Shown in pieces: positions 1-9,269 of a stretch of DNA of 64,000 nt; position 1 is the first letter of the stretch, and every line of letters starts with the position of its first letter. A program made the translations under genes and the position numbers. Under the pieces are notes generated by a model. That model did not search any database, was not told where the DNA came from, and saw nothing but the letters and a program-made list of their open reading frames with translations. Source of the DNA: Sedimentisphaerales bacterium. GTDB lineage: Bacteria; Planctomycetota; Phycisphaerae; Sedimentisphaerales; Anaerobacaceae. The stretch covers positions 6,784,001-6,848,000 of the forward strand of contig OY970194.1 of the NCBI GenBank assembly GCA_963708075.1, written 5' to 3'.

Positions 1-134
1 TGACCATAATCCACGACGGCGCCACGCCGCGCACCTTCGCCACCGAGACCGAGGCCGTGATGCCCAACGGCCACCTGGAGATCCGCATGGCCCCCTACGG
101 CGGCTTCGTCGCTATCCTCACCCCAACGCGGTAG
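1..134 (+). CDS. 3' end of a probable GH97 glycoside hydrolase (partial, runs off the window start)
   Basis: Hand translation from nt 3: TIIHDGATPRTFATETEAVMPNGHLEIRMAPYGGFVAILTPTR*. It resembles the C-terminus of the GH97 at 60985-62961 (LTIEMISGGGFVGRF). Confidence 0.6.
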   Translation, partial: TIIHDGATPRTFATETEAVMPNGHLEIRMAPYGGFVAILTPTR

Positions 135-227
135 GGTGACAATTTGGGAGACCGAGAGAGGAGCCGGAAGACACGTTGAATACGGCTTGGTTGCAGTGGT
201 CAACTGGGAGCGTGGAAAGGGTTCGAC

Positions 228-875
228 ATGTACAGCCTGATCACAGAGCACATCAATGTCCTCTTTGGGAGGTTTAGACAGGAGTACATAGATGAATATC
301 GGGAATTGCTGGAGAACCAGATGGAGCGAGTTGGGCGTGCCGAATATCGTGATCGATATGTGAGAGTTTGGGGACTCCAGAGACTTGGCTTCGATGATCG
401 TCATCGGGACTTGTATTTTGCTCAGATGAGAAGACTACTGAGAAATCCTCCGAACGCCCCGGAAGACTGGTATCCGAGATTGCGTGCCATAGCAGAAGAG
501 CTTTACGAAATCAACCTGCCTGGTGAAAGGCAGGTGTTAGCCTTCGCTGCGTGCACTAAGCTCGGGCACATGGTTGATCAGAGGCTTCCCATCTACGACT
601 CGAAGATAGCTGCATTCTACCTGTGGCAGCCCCCCGCGCCGCCGAAGCCTTTTGATGTGCGCATTGAACACTATCTGGAGTTCTATAGAGGTCTTTGGCG
701 CGAGCAGAGGAGAATCTTGAGAGATGGCGTGTTGCGTCAAGCCATCAATCAGTTCAAGCGCAGGTTTGATGCTCACGGCTGCACGGATGAGAAGATCATC
801 GACTTCTTGATCTGGCACTGGGTAGGCCAATGTCAAAGCAATGGGCTTGCTGGTGGGCAAATGCGGTATCATTGA
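228..875 (+). CDS. Hypothetical protein, 215 aa; possible HhH/DNA-glycosylase-like motif
   Basis: Open ORF, more AT-rich than its neighbours; contains AFAACTKLGHMVDQRLPIYDSKI. Confidence 0.6.
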   Translation: MYSLITEHINVLFGRFRQEYIDEYRELLENQMERVGRAEYRDRYVRVWGLQRLGFDDRHRDLYFAQMRRLLRNPPNAPEDWYPRLRAIAEELYEINLPGERQVLAFAACTKLGHMVDQRLPIYDSKIAAFYLWQPPAPPKPFDVRIEHYLEFYRGLWREQRRILRDGVLRQAINQFKRRFDAHGCTDEKIIDFLIWHWVGQCQSNGLAGGQMRYH

Positions 876-974
876 GGCGAGAAGACCCCCGCGAGAGTGA
901 CGATAGTTCACACGCCAGTCCGGGATTCCGCAGAGAGCGATGGGAGACTCCGGAGAGACGGCCAGAGCGTCCAA

Positions 975-1142
975 TCACACCGTTCGCTTCTTCTTGGTGC
1001 GAGCGAATGAAACGACCTTTTTGCTCTTCGTCTTCTGGCGTCTGCGGGCGTCGGCAATGATGGTGCGCAAGTCGTAGCCGAACTCTTCCACGATCTCCTT
1101 GTGATGGTGTTGAATCTCGTCGATGATCGGGTCTTTAGTCAT
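975..1142 (-). CDS. 55-aa small protein (below the ORF-track cut-off), putative antitoxin of the type found after PIN toxins
   Basis: Hand translation MTKDPIIDEIQHHHKEIVEEFGYDLRTIIADARRRQKTKSKKVVSFARTKKKRTV*. GGAGG RBS; ATGA overlap with the sulfatase stop. Fits the DPI.EE...F.YD...I..D.RRRQ....KVVSF small-protein pattern. Confidence 0.7.
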   Translation of the reverse strand: MTKDPIIDEIQHHHKEIVEEFGYDLRTIIADARRRQKTKSKKVVSFARTKKKRTV

Positions 1143-2599
1143 GAAGACCTCCCATCAATTCCTCCGACGTGCAGATCACCGCGTGTAGTCTCTCCCTGGG
1201 CAGTGAGCCACTCTTGCAGTTGCTGGCGCATTCTGCGGAGGATTGGCTCCATCTCAGGTTTTGCGGCGAGGTTGGTCAGCTCGTAAGGGTCGGACTGAGT
1301 GTCGTATAGTTCCTCCTGAGGGTGGTGCTCGTTCAAATTGACGATTCGGGCGGCGTGGGGGTCGGCCTTGGCCTTCTCGACCCATGTGTCCCAGACCTCC
1401 TTGTGGCTCTCGGGGATGCCGGGGACTTTCGTCCAGTGCGTCGTCCAGGTGGATTCGGGGGTCAGGTTCAGGATGTACTTGTATCGCGTGTCCCGGACGC
1501 ATCGCTGGGGGAAGACGTTCATGTCGCCGTCACGTGTGTGGCTGGCGTAGATGGTGTCGCGGAAGGTATTCTCCTTGCCCGCCAGGACGGGCCGGAAGCT
1601 CTTTCCGTCGAGGTTCTCGGGCTGCTCGCCGGCGGCGATGTCGATGAAGGTCGGCGTGACATCCACGAACGAGATCAGGGCGTCGCAGTGCGTTCCGGGC
1701 TTGGTCACGCCAGGCCAGACGGCGAGGAAGGGCACGCGGAGGCCGGCGTCGTAGAGCGTCCATTTCGAGTGCGGCCACTCCGAGCCTTGATCCGTCGTGT
1801 AGAGGAACAGCGTGTTCTCCTCGAAGCCATGCCTCTTCAGGGCCGTCCGGACCTCGCCGACGCGTTTGTCCAGCGTCGCGATATCCTGATAGTAATTCGC
1901 CAGAGCCCGGCGGGTCAGGTCGGTATCGACGAACCACGGCGGCAGCTTCAGCCTGGCGGGGTCAAAATCCTTGTTTCGCTCCCAGACGACGTGCGGACCG
2001 CTGTCCGCCACGATCAGGCACAGAGGCGTATCCGGTTTCGTTTTGACATGCTCTGCGAGAAGGCCGTCGATGGCCTTCGTGTCCAGGCCCTCCATGCGGT
2101 ACGTCCGGCGATTGGCGGGATTCTTCGGCAGTTGGGCGGGGATGTGCTCGAAGCTGAAGACTTCCTTTGGGATCGTGTGGGCCTTGTGTGCGAGCACGAT
2201 GCGGTAGCCGAGCCGTCGCAGGTAGGTCGGCAACGCTGTGATGTCCGACCGGCAGGTCGTGTGATTGCCCATGCATCCGTTGCGGGCCGGGTACAGCCCC
2301 GTGTACAGTGCGGATCGCGACGGTGCGCAGGTCGGCGAGGCCGCGAACATGCGAGTGAACCTCGTCCCTTCCTTCGCCAGAGCGTCGATATTGGGCGTCC
2401 TGACATCCGCGTTCCCGTAGCAGCCGACGAAATCGATGCCGTGATCGTCGGAAATGTACATCACGATATTGGGTTGCCTTCGGGTCCTGGTTTGTGCCGG
2501 CAATGGCGTGTGACCCGAGAGAAGCCCGGCTGCCACCGCCGACCATTTGAGGAAGTCCCTGCGATTGACGGAACGAAAGGCATCAGGTTCGCTCTTCAC
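1139..2599 (-). CDS. Sulfatase (S1 family) with Tat signal peptide
   Basis: PNIVMYISDDHG, CAPSR (CxPxR) motif, EELYD...DPYEL.NLA; NRRDFLK twin-arginine; AGGAG RBS before GTG at 2599. The ORF-track extension to 3046 overlaps the GH127 gene. Confidence 0.92.
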   Translation of the reverse strand: MKSEPDAFRSVNRRDFLKWSAVAAGLLSGHTPLPAQTRTRRQPNIVMYISDDHGIDFVGCYGNADVRTPNIDALAKEGTRFTRMFAASPTCAPSRSALYTGLYPARNGCMGNHTTCRSDITALPTYLRRLGYRIVLAHKAHTIPKEVFSFEHIPAQLPKNPANRRTYRMEGLDTKAIDGLLAEHVKTKPDTPLCLIVADSGPHVVWERNKDFDPARLKLPPWFVDTDLTRRALANYYQDIATLDKRVGEVRTALKRHGFEENTLFLYTTDQGSEWPHSKWTLYDAGLRVPFLAVWPGVTKPGTHCDALISFVDVTPTFIDIAAGEQPENLDGKSFRPVLAGKENTFRDTIYASHTRDGDMNVFPQRCVRDTRYKYILNLTPESTWTTHWTKVPGIPESHKEVWDTWVEKAKADPHAARIVNLNEHHPQEELYDTQSDPYELTNLAAKPEMEPILRRMRQQLQEWLTAQGETTRGDLHVGGIDGRSS

Positions 2600-2710
2600 A
2601 ATCTTCTCCTGATCTGCAACGCCATCATGCTCGACCTTTGAGCAGACAGTAAACCGGGGCATACGATAATGCAAATGGAAACCGAAGGTCCTCCGGACGT
2701 CCGTGGCGCC

Positions 2711-2774
2711 TTCGCAAAATGGCGAGAGAAAGACGTAATTGAGGAAGGCCTGAGCACTGGCGGCGAGGTAGAAT
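2711..2774 (+). promoter_or_regulatory. Putative AraC/XylR-type activator site plus -10 box, upstream of GH127
   Basis: TTCGCAAAATGGCGAGAGAAAGACGTAA (2711-2738; half-sites 21 bp apart), then 30 nt, then TAGAAT (2769-2774). Confidence 0.7.
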
Positions 2775-2840
2775 GGGCCGGACCGGCTCAGGGATGAGTC
2801 GAGCCGGATGATTGGGTCGGGACTTTTGGAGAGAAAGACG

Positions 2841-5282
2841 ATGGCAAGTTCTGGAGAGATGACCAGAAGCATGCGGTTGTGGAGAGTTGTCGTAGGCGTC
2901 GGCTGGATTGCGGCCGTGATGCCGACGGCTGCGTGGGGCACGGTGCCTTTGGAGAAGGATTCGAAGGTCGCAGTTGCGTCGAAGGTTTCCCTCAAGGCGT
3001 ATGCATTCGACTTGGAGGACGTGCGGCTGCTCGATGGGCCGTTCAAGGCGGCGATGGAACGGGACGCCGCTTACTTGCTGACGCTGGAGCCGGACCGGTT
3101 GTTGCATCGGTTTCGGCTGTATGCGGGGCTGGAGCCTCGTGCACCGATCTACGGTGGCTGGGAGACCATGGGTGTCTCCGGGCACTCGCTCGGACACTAC
3201 CTGTCGGCCTGTGCGATGATGTATGCCTCGACGGGGGACGAGCGGTTTTGCGAGCGGGTCAAGTACACCGTGGATGAATTGGAGGCTTGTCAGAACGCCA
3301 ACGGCAATGGATATGTAGGTGGCATACAGGACGGCAAGCGGGTCTTCGCCGAGGTGGCGGCGGGGGACATTCGCTCCCAGGGCTTCGATCTCAACGGCCT
3401 GTGGGTTCCCTGGTATACGGAGCACAAGCTCTTTGCGGGGCTGCTCGATGCATACCGATATTGCCGCAACGACAAGGCGCTGTCGGTGGCCCGCAAGCTG
3501 GGCGACTGGGTTGGGGACGTTGTCGGCAAGCTCAATGAGGAGCAGGTCCAGAAGATGCTGGCCTGTGAGCACGGTGGTATGAATGAGGTGCTGGTGGAAC
3601 TGTACGCGATCACGGGCGAGGAGAAGTACTTGAAGCTGTCCCGGCGGTTCCATCACAAAGCGGTGCTCGATCCGCTCGCGGACAGGCAGGATCGTCTGCC
3701 CGGGCTGCATGGCAATACTCAAATCCCCAAGGTTATCGGTGTCGCGCGTCGCTACGAGGTTACGGCCGACGCAACGGACCGTACTATTGCCGAGTTCTTC
3801 TGGGATCGGGTCGTGCACCATCATTCCTATGTCATCGGCGGCCACGGCGAGCACGAACATTTCGGCCCGGCGGATAAGCTCAGTGATCGTCTGTCCTCCG
3901 AGACCTGTGAGACCTGCAACACGTACAACATGCTGAAGCTGACCCGGCACCTCTTTGCCTGGCGCGCGACAGCCGAGTACGCCGATTACTACGAGCGGGC
4001 CCTCTACAATCACATCCTGGCCTCGCAGGACCCCAATACCGGCATGATGTGTTACTTCGTGCCGCTCAAGGCGGGCGAGTACAAACGCTACTCCAATCCG
4101 TTCGACAACTTCACCTGCTGTCACGGCACGGGCATGGAGAACCACGCCAAGTACGGCGACAGCATCTACTTCCACGACGACACGGGCCTGTTTGTCAATC
4201 TCTTCATCCCGTCCGAGCTGAACTGGAAGGCCAAGGGCCTCAAGGTTAGGCAGGAGACGAAGTTCCCCGTCGAGGATACGACGACGTTGACAGTCTCGTG
4301 CGACAAGCCGGTCAAGCTGGCGATTCGAATTCGCTGTCCGGGGTGGGCGACGCAGCCGCTGCAAGTGAAGCTCAACGGAAAGGCCATGAAATCCAAGGTG
4401 GAGCAGGGCGGTTACGCCGTACTGAACAGGAGATGGAAGAGTGGGGACAAGATCGAGGTCCGGATCCCGATGGGACTTCGACTGGAATCGATGCCGGACA
4501 ATCCGAAGCGGGCAGCTATCCTCTATGGCCCGGTTGTTCTGGCGGGCGATCTCGGACCCGTCGAGAAGGCAGCCTCGGACTCTGTGGTCGTGGATGAGTA
4601 CAGCTTGACGGTGCTGGTCACGGGGGATAAGCCGCTGCAGGATTGGCTGGTGCGAATGGAGGACCGGCCGCTGGGCTTCGAGACGTATAACGTGGGTCGC
4701 CCGCGTGACGTGGAGCTGATCCCATTCTACGAGGTGCACCACCGCCGTTACGGCGTGTACTGGGATTTCCTCACCGTCGAGCAATGGGAGAAACGCTACG
4801 CCGATTCTCTCGTGGAATTGAAGCGGCTTCGCGAATTGAAGGCCCGAACGATCGACCTCCTGCGGATCGGCGAGATGCAGCCGGAGCGGGACCACAACGT
4901 CGCCGGCGAGAAGACAGGGGCCGGCGAGTTCAACGGCCGCAAATTCCGCCACGCCACCGACGGCGGCTGGTTCTCCTTCGAGATGGCAGTCCTGCCGGAG
5001 GAGCCCGCGGAACTGCTCTGCACTTTCTGGGGCAGCGAGCAGGGGCCGCGAACGTTCGATATCCTTATCGACGGCACGAAGATCGCCGAGCAGTCGCTGA
5101 GCAACGATCGCCCCGGTGAATTCGTCGACGTCGCGTACCCGATTCCAGCCGACCTGACCAGGGGGAAGCAGAAGGTGACTGTGAAGCTGCAGGCCCGTCC
5201 CGGCAATTTCGCCGGCGGCCTCTTCGGCTGTCGCACGACGAAGAGAACCGCAACGCAGGGTCCTGCACCCGCCCCCAAGTAG
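2841..5282 (+). CDS. GH127/GH146-type beta-L-arabinofuranosidase, secreted, with C-terminal beta-sandwich domains
   Basis: YGGWE..G..GHSLGHYLSA, EHGGMNE, ETCNTYNMLKL, YYERALYNHIL, CCHGTG motifs; signal peptide. Start uncertain (2808-2871). Confidence 0.9.
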   Translation: MASSGEMTRSMRLWRVVVGVGWIAAVMPTAAWGTVPLEKDSKVAVASKVSLKAYAFDLEDVRLLDGPFKAAMERDAAYLLTLEPDRLLHRFRLYAGLEPRAPIYGGWETMGVSGHSLGHYLSACAMMYASTGDERFCERVKYTVDELEACQNANGNGYVGGIQDGKRVFAEVAAGDIRSQGFDLNGLWVPWYTEHKLFAGLLDAYRYCRNDKALSVARKLGDWVGDVVGKLNEEQVQKMLACEHGGMNEVLVELYAITGEEKYLKLSRRFHHKAVLDPLADRQDRLPGLHGNTQIPKVIGVARRYEVTADATDRTIAEFFWDRVVHHHSYVIGGHGEHEHFGPADKLSDRLSSETCETCNTYNMLKLTRHLFAWRATAEYADYYERALYNHILASQDPNTGMMCYFVPLKAGEYKRYSNPFDNFTCCHGTGMENHAKYGDSIYFHDDTGLFVNLFIPSELNWKAKGLKVRQETKFPVEDTTTLTVSCDKPVKLAIRIRCPGWATQPLQVKLNGKAMKSKVEQGGYAVLNRRWKSGDKIEVRIPMGLRLESMPDNPKRAAILYGPVVLAGDLGPVEKAASDSVVVDEYSLTVLVTGDKPLQDWLVRMEDRPLGFETYNVGRPRDVELIPFYEVHHRRYGVYWDFLTVEQWEKRYADSLVELKRLRELKARTIDLLRIGEMQPERDHNVAGEKTGAGEFNGRKFRHATDGGWFSFEMAVLPEEPAELLCTFWGSEQGPRTFDILIDGTKIAEQSLSNDRPGEFVDVAYPIPADLTRGKQKVTVKLQARPGNFAGGLFGCRTTKRTATQGPAPAPK

Positions 5283-5312
5283 TAGTCCGACCATGCTAAT
5301 CTTGTGGATGTC

Positions 5313-5406
5313 GGGTGGCAGCGGCAAGCGGAGTCTTCGGAGCTTGCCGATGGCGTGCGGGCGTAAACACGAGCCATCGGCAAGCTGGCGCTTGCCGCTG
5401 CCACCC
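5313..5406. repeat. REP-like inverted doublet between convergent genes
   Basis: GGGTGGCAGCGGCAAGC..GCTTGCCGATGG ... CCATCGGCAAGC..GCTTGCCGCTGCCACCC; a single half-copy recurs near 27966. Confidence 0.8.
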
Positions 5407-5598
5407 ATTGTAACCGACATTCATTTTAGAGCGGGCCGAGTAGTAGAGTGAGCTTGAGCCCATGCGGTTGCTTCCACGGCGATGAATTGACGCATGGAAA
5501 CAGCGAGGCCCATGCTTTGATGGGCACGGGCCTCGGTTCTCTACATAGCTTCCACCAGAGACACGAGATTCTGCGTCTCTACAACTGCCTGACAATCA

Positions 5599-8500
5599 TC
5601 ACGGCTTGATCACCTGGATGTCGTCGATGTACAGCTTGCCTGTGCCGTCGACGCTTGGGGCCTTGCGGTCACCCACGCCGATGTACATCTTCTTGATCGT
5701 CCTGGCGTTCACGCCTGTGAATTGGCTCAGCGGGATTTTCCACTGCGTCCACTCCGAGGTGACGGTCGCGTTCGCATCCGGGTTGTTCACGACGACCAGT
5801 TTGCCGCCGTTGTCCTGCAGGGCCACGTAGAAGGTCCCCGGATCGTTGCCCGGATGATCGACGCCGATGTCCGCCACCTGCCATGTGCCGGTGACGCTGC
5901 CGGTGGTACTGACATCCGAGAACTCGGCGATCGTGATTGCGCCGGCGTTCTGAGCCGTCAGGCACAGACCGATGTACACGCTGTTGTTCATCGTAATGTC
6001 GTGCTGCGACCGGGTCGCGTCGGTGCCGACGATGGACCAGGTCTTGCCGTCGGCGGAGTGTTCGGCCTTGAACGTGTTGCCCGTGCGGGTGATTCTCGCC
6101 CAGTACGGAGCTATCAGCCCGGCCTGATTGACCTGGTCGCTGGCGTCGCCCGTGAAGACTCGCCATGGGAAGGATACTCCGTTGCCCGGCGTCAGGACCG
6201 TAGTGGCATGCGGCGATTCAGCCGTCAGCGAGTCACGGATCATCACGCCGGCCTTGGTCCAACTGCTCGTCATCAGTATGCTGTTGACCTTGACAGTCAT
6301 GGAGCCATCGCCGGTGAGCCGCTTGAAGGCGAAGCGGAACTGGTCGGCGTTGTTCCAGATGTCGTTGCCGGAGGCGCTCATGGTGATCACGGAGCCGTTA
6401 TCCGCGAAGGCGATTGGATTGCCCCGGAACCACAGGCTCAGATCGGTCACGCCGTTCAGCGTCCAGTCCTGCGGAGCCTCCCAGGTCCGCACGATCTCCG
6501 AGTAGTACGGAGTAATGACGTTGTTGTATTCCACGGGCATCGACTGCCTGCCGCCATGAACGATGCTGGTTTCCATGATATCGCCCAGCGTGGGATCGTA
6601 GCCGACCATGGCCCCCGTGGTGTTGCCCGGATCGCCGGTCGGGAAGAAGTCATCGGGGGAGAAGCCCCAGCCGTCGATCCAGGTCTGGAAGACGCGGAAT
6701 GGCGAGCTATTGGTATAGCCCTCGAACTCATCCACGATGAGATAGTCCGGGACGGTGAATCCCCAGACGCTGCCTTTGTGGACGGTCGTCCCGTCGGCCT
6801 CGACCTCATCGATGCGCCAGAAGTACTGTCCGCCGCCGAAGGCGACCAGCCCCGCGGAGGCGAAGCTGGTGCCGGCCTGCCGGCCTTTGTACTCGGGCGA
6901 GCTCGCGCTAGCTGCCTTCACAGCGGCTTTGTCGGTGCCGAGGTACACGTCGTGCTGCGCGGCTGTTTCTCCCGCCGACCAGCTCAGCATGGCGGCATCG
7001 CGAATGTCGACATTGGCGCCCACCACCGGCTGCGGATTCCAGGCCAGCAGCGGGTCGCCCCGCATCGCCTGTTTGACTTCCTCCGGCGTCAGCGCCTTGT
7101 TGAAGATGCGGACGTCGTCCACGGCGCCGTCCCAGAACTCCACTATGTCGTTGACCTGCCGCCCGATGTGAGCGCGGCTCGGGACGAGACTCCAGTTCTT
7201 CGGGGCCGAGGCCACCTCGATGCCATCGGCATACAACCGGGCGGTGGTTCCATCATAGGTCACGCAGATATGGTGCCAGACATCCGTCTCCCAGAAATTG
7301 GCTTTGAATATGTCAGCCCCAGCCCCATAGCCGCCGCCGTACAGATCCGTTCCATTGATGCCGATGAACAAGGCCGTGCCCACGCCCGGCGAGCCATAGC
7401 TGGCGATCCACCGCCAGCCGGGGGCGATGCTGTCGGTCCTGGCCCAGCCGCACATGCTGCGGGGCGAGGTCCCGGAGGCCCAGGTCTGCGGATTGCCGAG
7501 GTCCACGTAGTCATCGTTGCCATCAAGCTCCAGCGCGTCCCCGTAGCAGCCCTCGACCCATGTGGGGCCGCCTCTGAGCTCGCCATAGATATCCCAGCCG
7601 GAGTAGTCTACCGCCGTGCCGGACTTCTCATCGTCCAGCTTCCACCAGCCGACCAGGTTGGGATCGACCTTTACAGGCACAGGCCGGATGGTGAAGCCCC
7701 AGACCTCGCCTGTCACTCTGCTGCCGCTCACCACTTCATCCACACGCCAGTAGTACGTGGCGCCGCGAGTCAGGGTGCCGGGTTCGTACGAGAACGTTGG
7801 CTGGTCTGTCGCCTTCTTCGTGTCCCCTGTGCCCGCCTCAACGGCTGCACGATCCGTGCCGAAGTACACGTCGTGTCCAAATGCGTTCAAGCCCGGCGAC
7901 CACTCGAGCACTGTGTTTGGATCGATGTAACCAGCGCCATCGGCGGGCTTGGGCGCCCAGGCCTTCTCGGGAGTCATGAAGAAGCTCCATACGTCGCCTT
8001 TGTGCACGGTGCCAGTGGCCTCGATCGCATCCACTCGCCAGTAGTACCTCTGTCCCGGCACCATGGGATCCTTAGGGAGGCAAAACTTGAACATAGCCGA
8101 CTGGTGGGCCACGAGGAGATTCGCTTCCGTCAGGTCGGGCGTCGTGCCGAGGTACACATCCTCGAAGAGGGCTGTTTCGCCGGGCGTCCACATGAAGTAC
8201 CCGACGAACGTGCCTGCCGAGTTATTGGCCGGATTAGGATCGCGTGCTTTCACTTTCGGCGGGACGAGAGCTTTTACCTCGGCAGCCTTGAGCGCGTGGT
8301 CGTAGAGGCGCACGTCATCGATAGCGCCGTTCCAAAACTCGGCATAGTTGTTCACCTGCCGGCCGATATGGGCCCGGCCCAGGACCAGATTCCAATTCTT
8401 TCCCATGCTTGCGGCTTCGCGGCCGTTGACGTAGGCTTTGGCGATCGATCCATCATAGGTCACGGCCACGTGGACCCATTCGCCCACTTGCCAGGCATTG

Positions 8501-8928
8501 GCCACGCTGAGATCGTCGCCGTAACCTCCGACATACAGTGTGCTTCCATTCAAGCCGATGAACATGGCGAGGCTGGTACCCTCCGACCCATAGGCGGCGA
8601 TCCACCGGTAACCCGACGCGACAGTATTCGTCTTGCCCCACCCGCACAGCGAGCGCGGCGACTTGCCCGAGGGCCAGCCCGCGGGATTGCCGAAATCGAC
8701 GTAGTCGTCGACGCCATCGAAGTCCAGTCCGCCGCCCATGCCGTCCATGCCGACTGTCCAGGTCGGACCGCCGATCAGGGTGCCGTTGAAGCCGTTGCCG
8801 CTGGAGTCACTGGCCACTGTACCCGACCCGTCATCCAGCTTCCAGTGCGCTATCAGTTTCGCCGGGGCGACGCTCGTTAGCCCCAACACCAGACACAGGG
8901 AGACTAAAAGAATCGATCGCTTGCACAT
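5599..8928 (-). CDS. Large secreted protein, 1109 aa: 2x LamG/ConA-like, FN3/Ig-like YYWRVDE repeats, C-terminal carbohydrate-binding-like domain with an inserted ConA-like domain
   Basis: Signal peptide; AHWKLDD...G.IDDVRLY LamG motifs; HDVY.G / YYWRVDE...VW.F repeats; C-terminal W..WKIPLS.F...IGVGD...LYIDDI; GGAGG RBS. Confidence 0.88.
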   Translation of the reverse strand: MCKRSILLVSLCLVLGLTSVAPAKLIAHWKLDDGSGTVASDSSGNGFNGTLIGGPTWTVGMDGMGGGLDFDGVDDYVDFGNPAGWPSGKSPRSLCGWGKTNTVASGYRWIAAYGSEGTSLAMFIGLNGSTLYVGGYGDDLSVANAWQVGEWVHVAVTYDGSIAKAYVNGREAASMGKNWNLVLGRAHIGRQVNNYAEFWNGAIDDVRLYDHALKAAEVKALVPPKVKARDPNPANNSAGTFVGYFMWTPGETALFEDVYLGTTPDLTEANLLVAHQSAMFKFCLPKDPMVPGQRYYWRVDAIEATGTVHKGDVWSFFMTPEKAWAPKPADGAGYIDPNTVLEWSPGLNAFGHDVYFGTDRAAVEAGTGDTKKATDQPTFSYEPGTLTRGATYYWRVDEVVSGSRVTGEVWGFTIRPVPVKVDPNLVGWWKLDDEKSGTAVDYSGWDIYGELRGGPTWVEGCYGDALELDGNDDYVDLGNPQTWASGTSPRSMCGWARTDSIAPGWRWIASYGSPGVGTALFIGINGTDLYGGGYGAGADIFKANFWETDVWHHICVTYDGTTARLYADGIEVASAPKNWSLVPSRAHIGRQVNDIVEFWDGAVDDVRIFNKALTPEEVKQAMRGDPLLAWNPQPVVGANVDIRDAAMLSWSAGETAAQHDVYLGTDKAAVKAASASSPEYKGRQAGTSFASAGLVAFGGGQYFWRIDEVEADGTTVHKGSVWGFTVPDYLIVDEFEGYTNSSPFRVFQTWIDGWGFSPDDFFPTGDPGNTTGAMVGYDPTLGDIMETSIVHGGRQSMPVEYNNVITPYYSEIVRTWEAPQDWTLNGVTDLSLWFRGNPIAFADNGSVITMSASGNDIWNNADQFRFAFKRLTGDGSMTVKVNSILMTSSWTKAGVMIRDSLTAESPHATTVLTPGNGVSFPWRVFTGDASDQVNQAGLIAPYWARITRTGNTFKAEHSADGKTWSIVGTDATRSQHDITMNNSVYIGLCLTAQNAGAITIAEFSDVSTTGSVTGTWQVADIGVDHPGNDPGTFYVALQDNGGKLVVVNNPDANATVTSEWTQWKIPLSQFTGVNARTIKKMYIGVGDRKAPSVDGTGKLYIDDIQVIKP

Positions 8929-8943
8929 GAATGACCTCCTTCA

Positions 8944-9030
8944 GATTTGCGATTTACGATTTGCTATTTACGATTTTGGCGGACCAGAACGAGCGAGGCG
9001 CTCGTAAATCATCAATCGTAAATCATAAAA
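8944..9030. repeat. Heptamer tandem repeats (GATTTRC-like) arranged as an inverted pair
   Basis: gatttgc gatttac gatttgc tatttac gatttt ... cgtaaatcatcaatcgtaaatc; related heptamers at about 31824 and 42806. Confidence 0.7.
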
Positions 9031-9188
9031 CTCTCATGGCCTCAACAGAACAGGATACCGCATCACCCGAGGCCATGCAAGGAGAAAATCCCAGTCCGGC
9101 ACCGGTAAATGCAGGGGGGCCCATGTCCCTGGAACACAGGCCCCTGGTAGGGGCGGATTTCAAAGTGATCTGCGATACAAAAGAGACA

Positions 9189-9222
9189 CCGGAGGCTCCG
9201 ACAGGGGTGTCGGAGCCTCCGG
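9189..9222 (-). terminator. Strong hairpin downstream of the 12558-9270 gene
   Basis: CCGGAGGCTCCGACA-GGGG-TGTCGGAGCCTCCGG, a 15-bp perfect stem. Confidence 0.6.
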
Positions 9223-9269
9223 GTATGCGTCTCATTCAGAACATTGAACTTCGCCGAGGTCGGCCGCGA

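Noticed and set aside
1322..8880. Very long opposite-strand ORFs (1322-2641 +, 2625-5420 -, 5722-8880 +, and similar ones at 16467, 23995, 26120, 41312, 54530)
   Set aside because: They are antisense shadows of well-supported genes in high-GC DNA and show no recognisable motifs.
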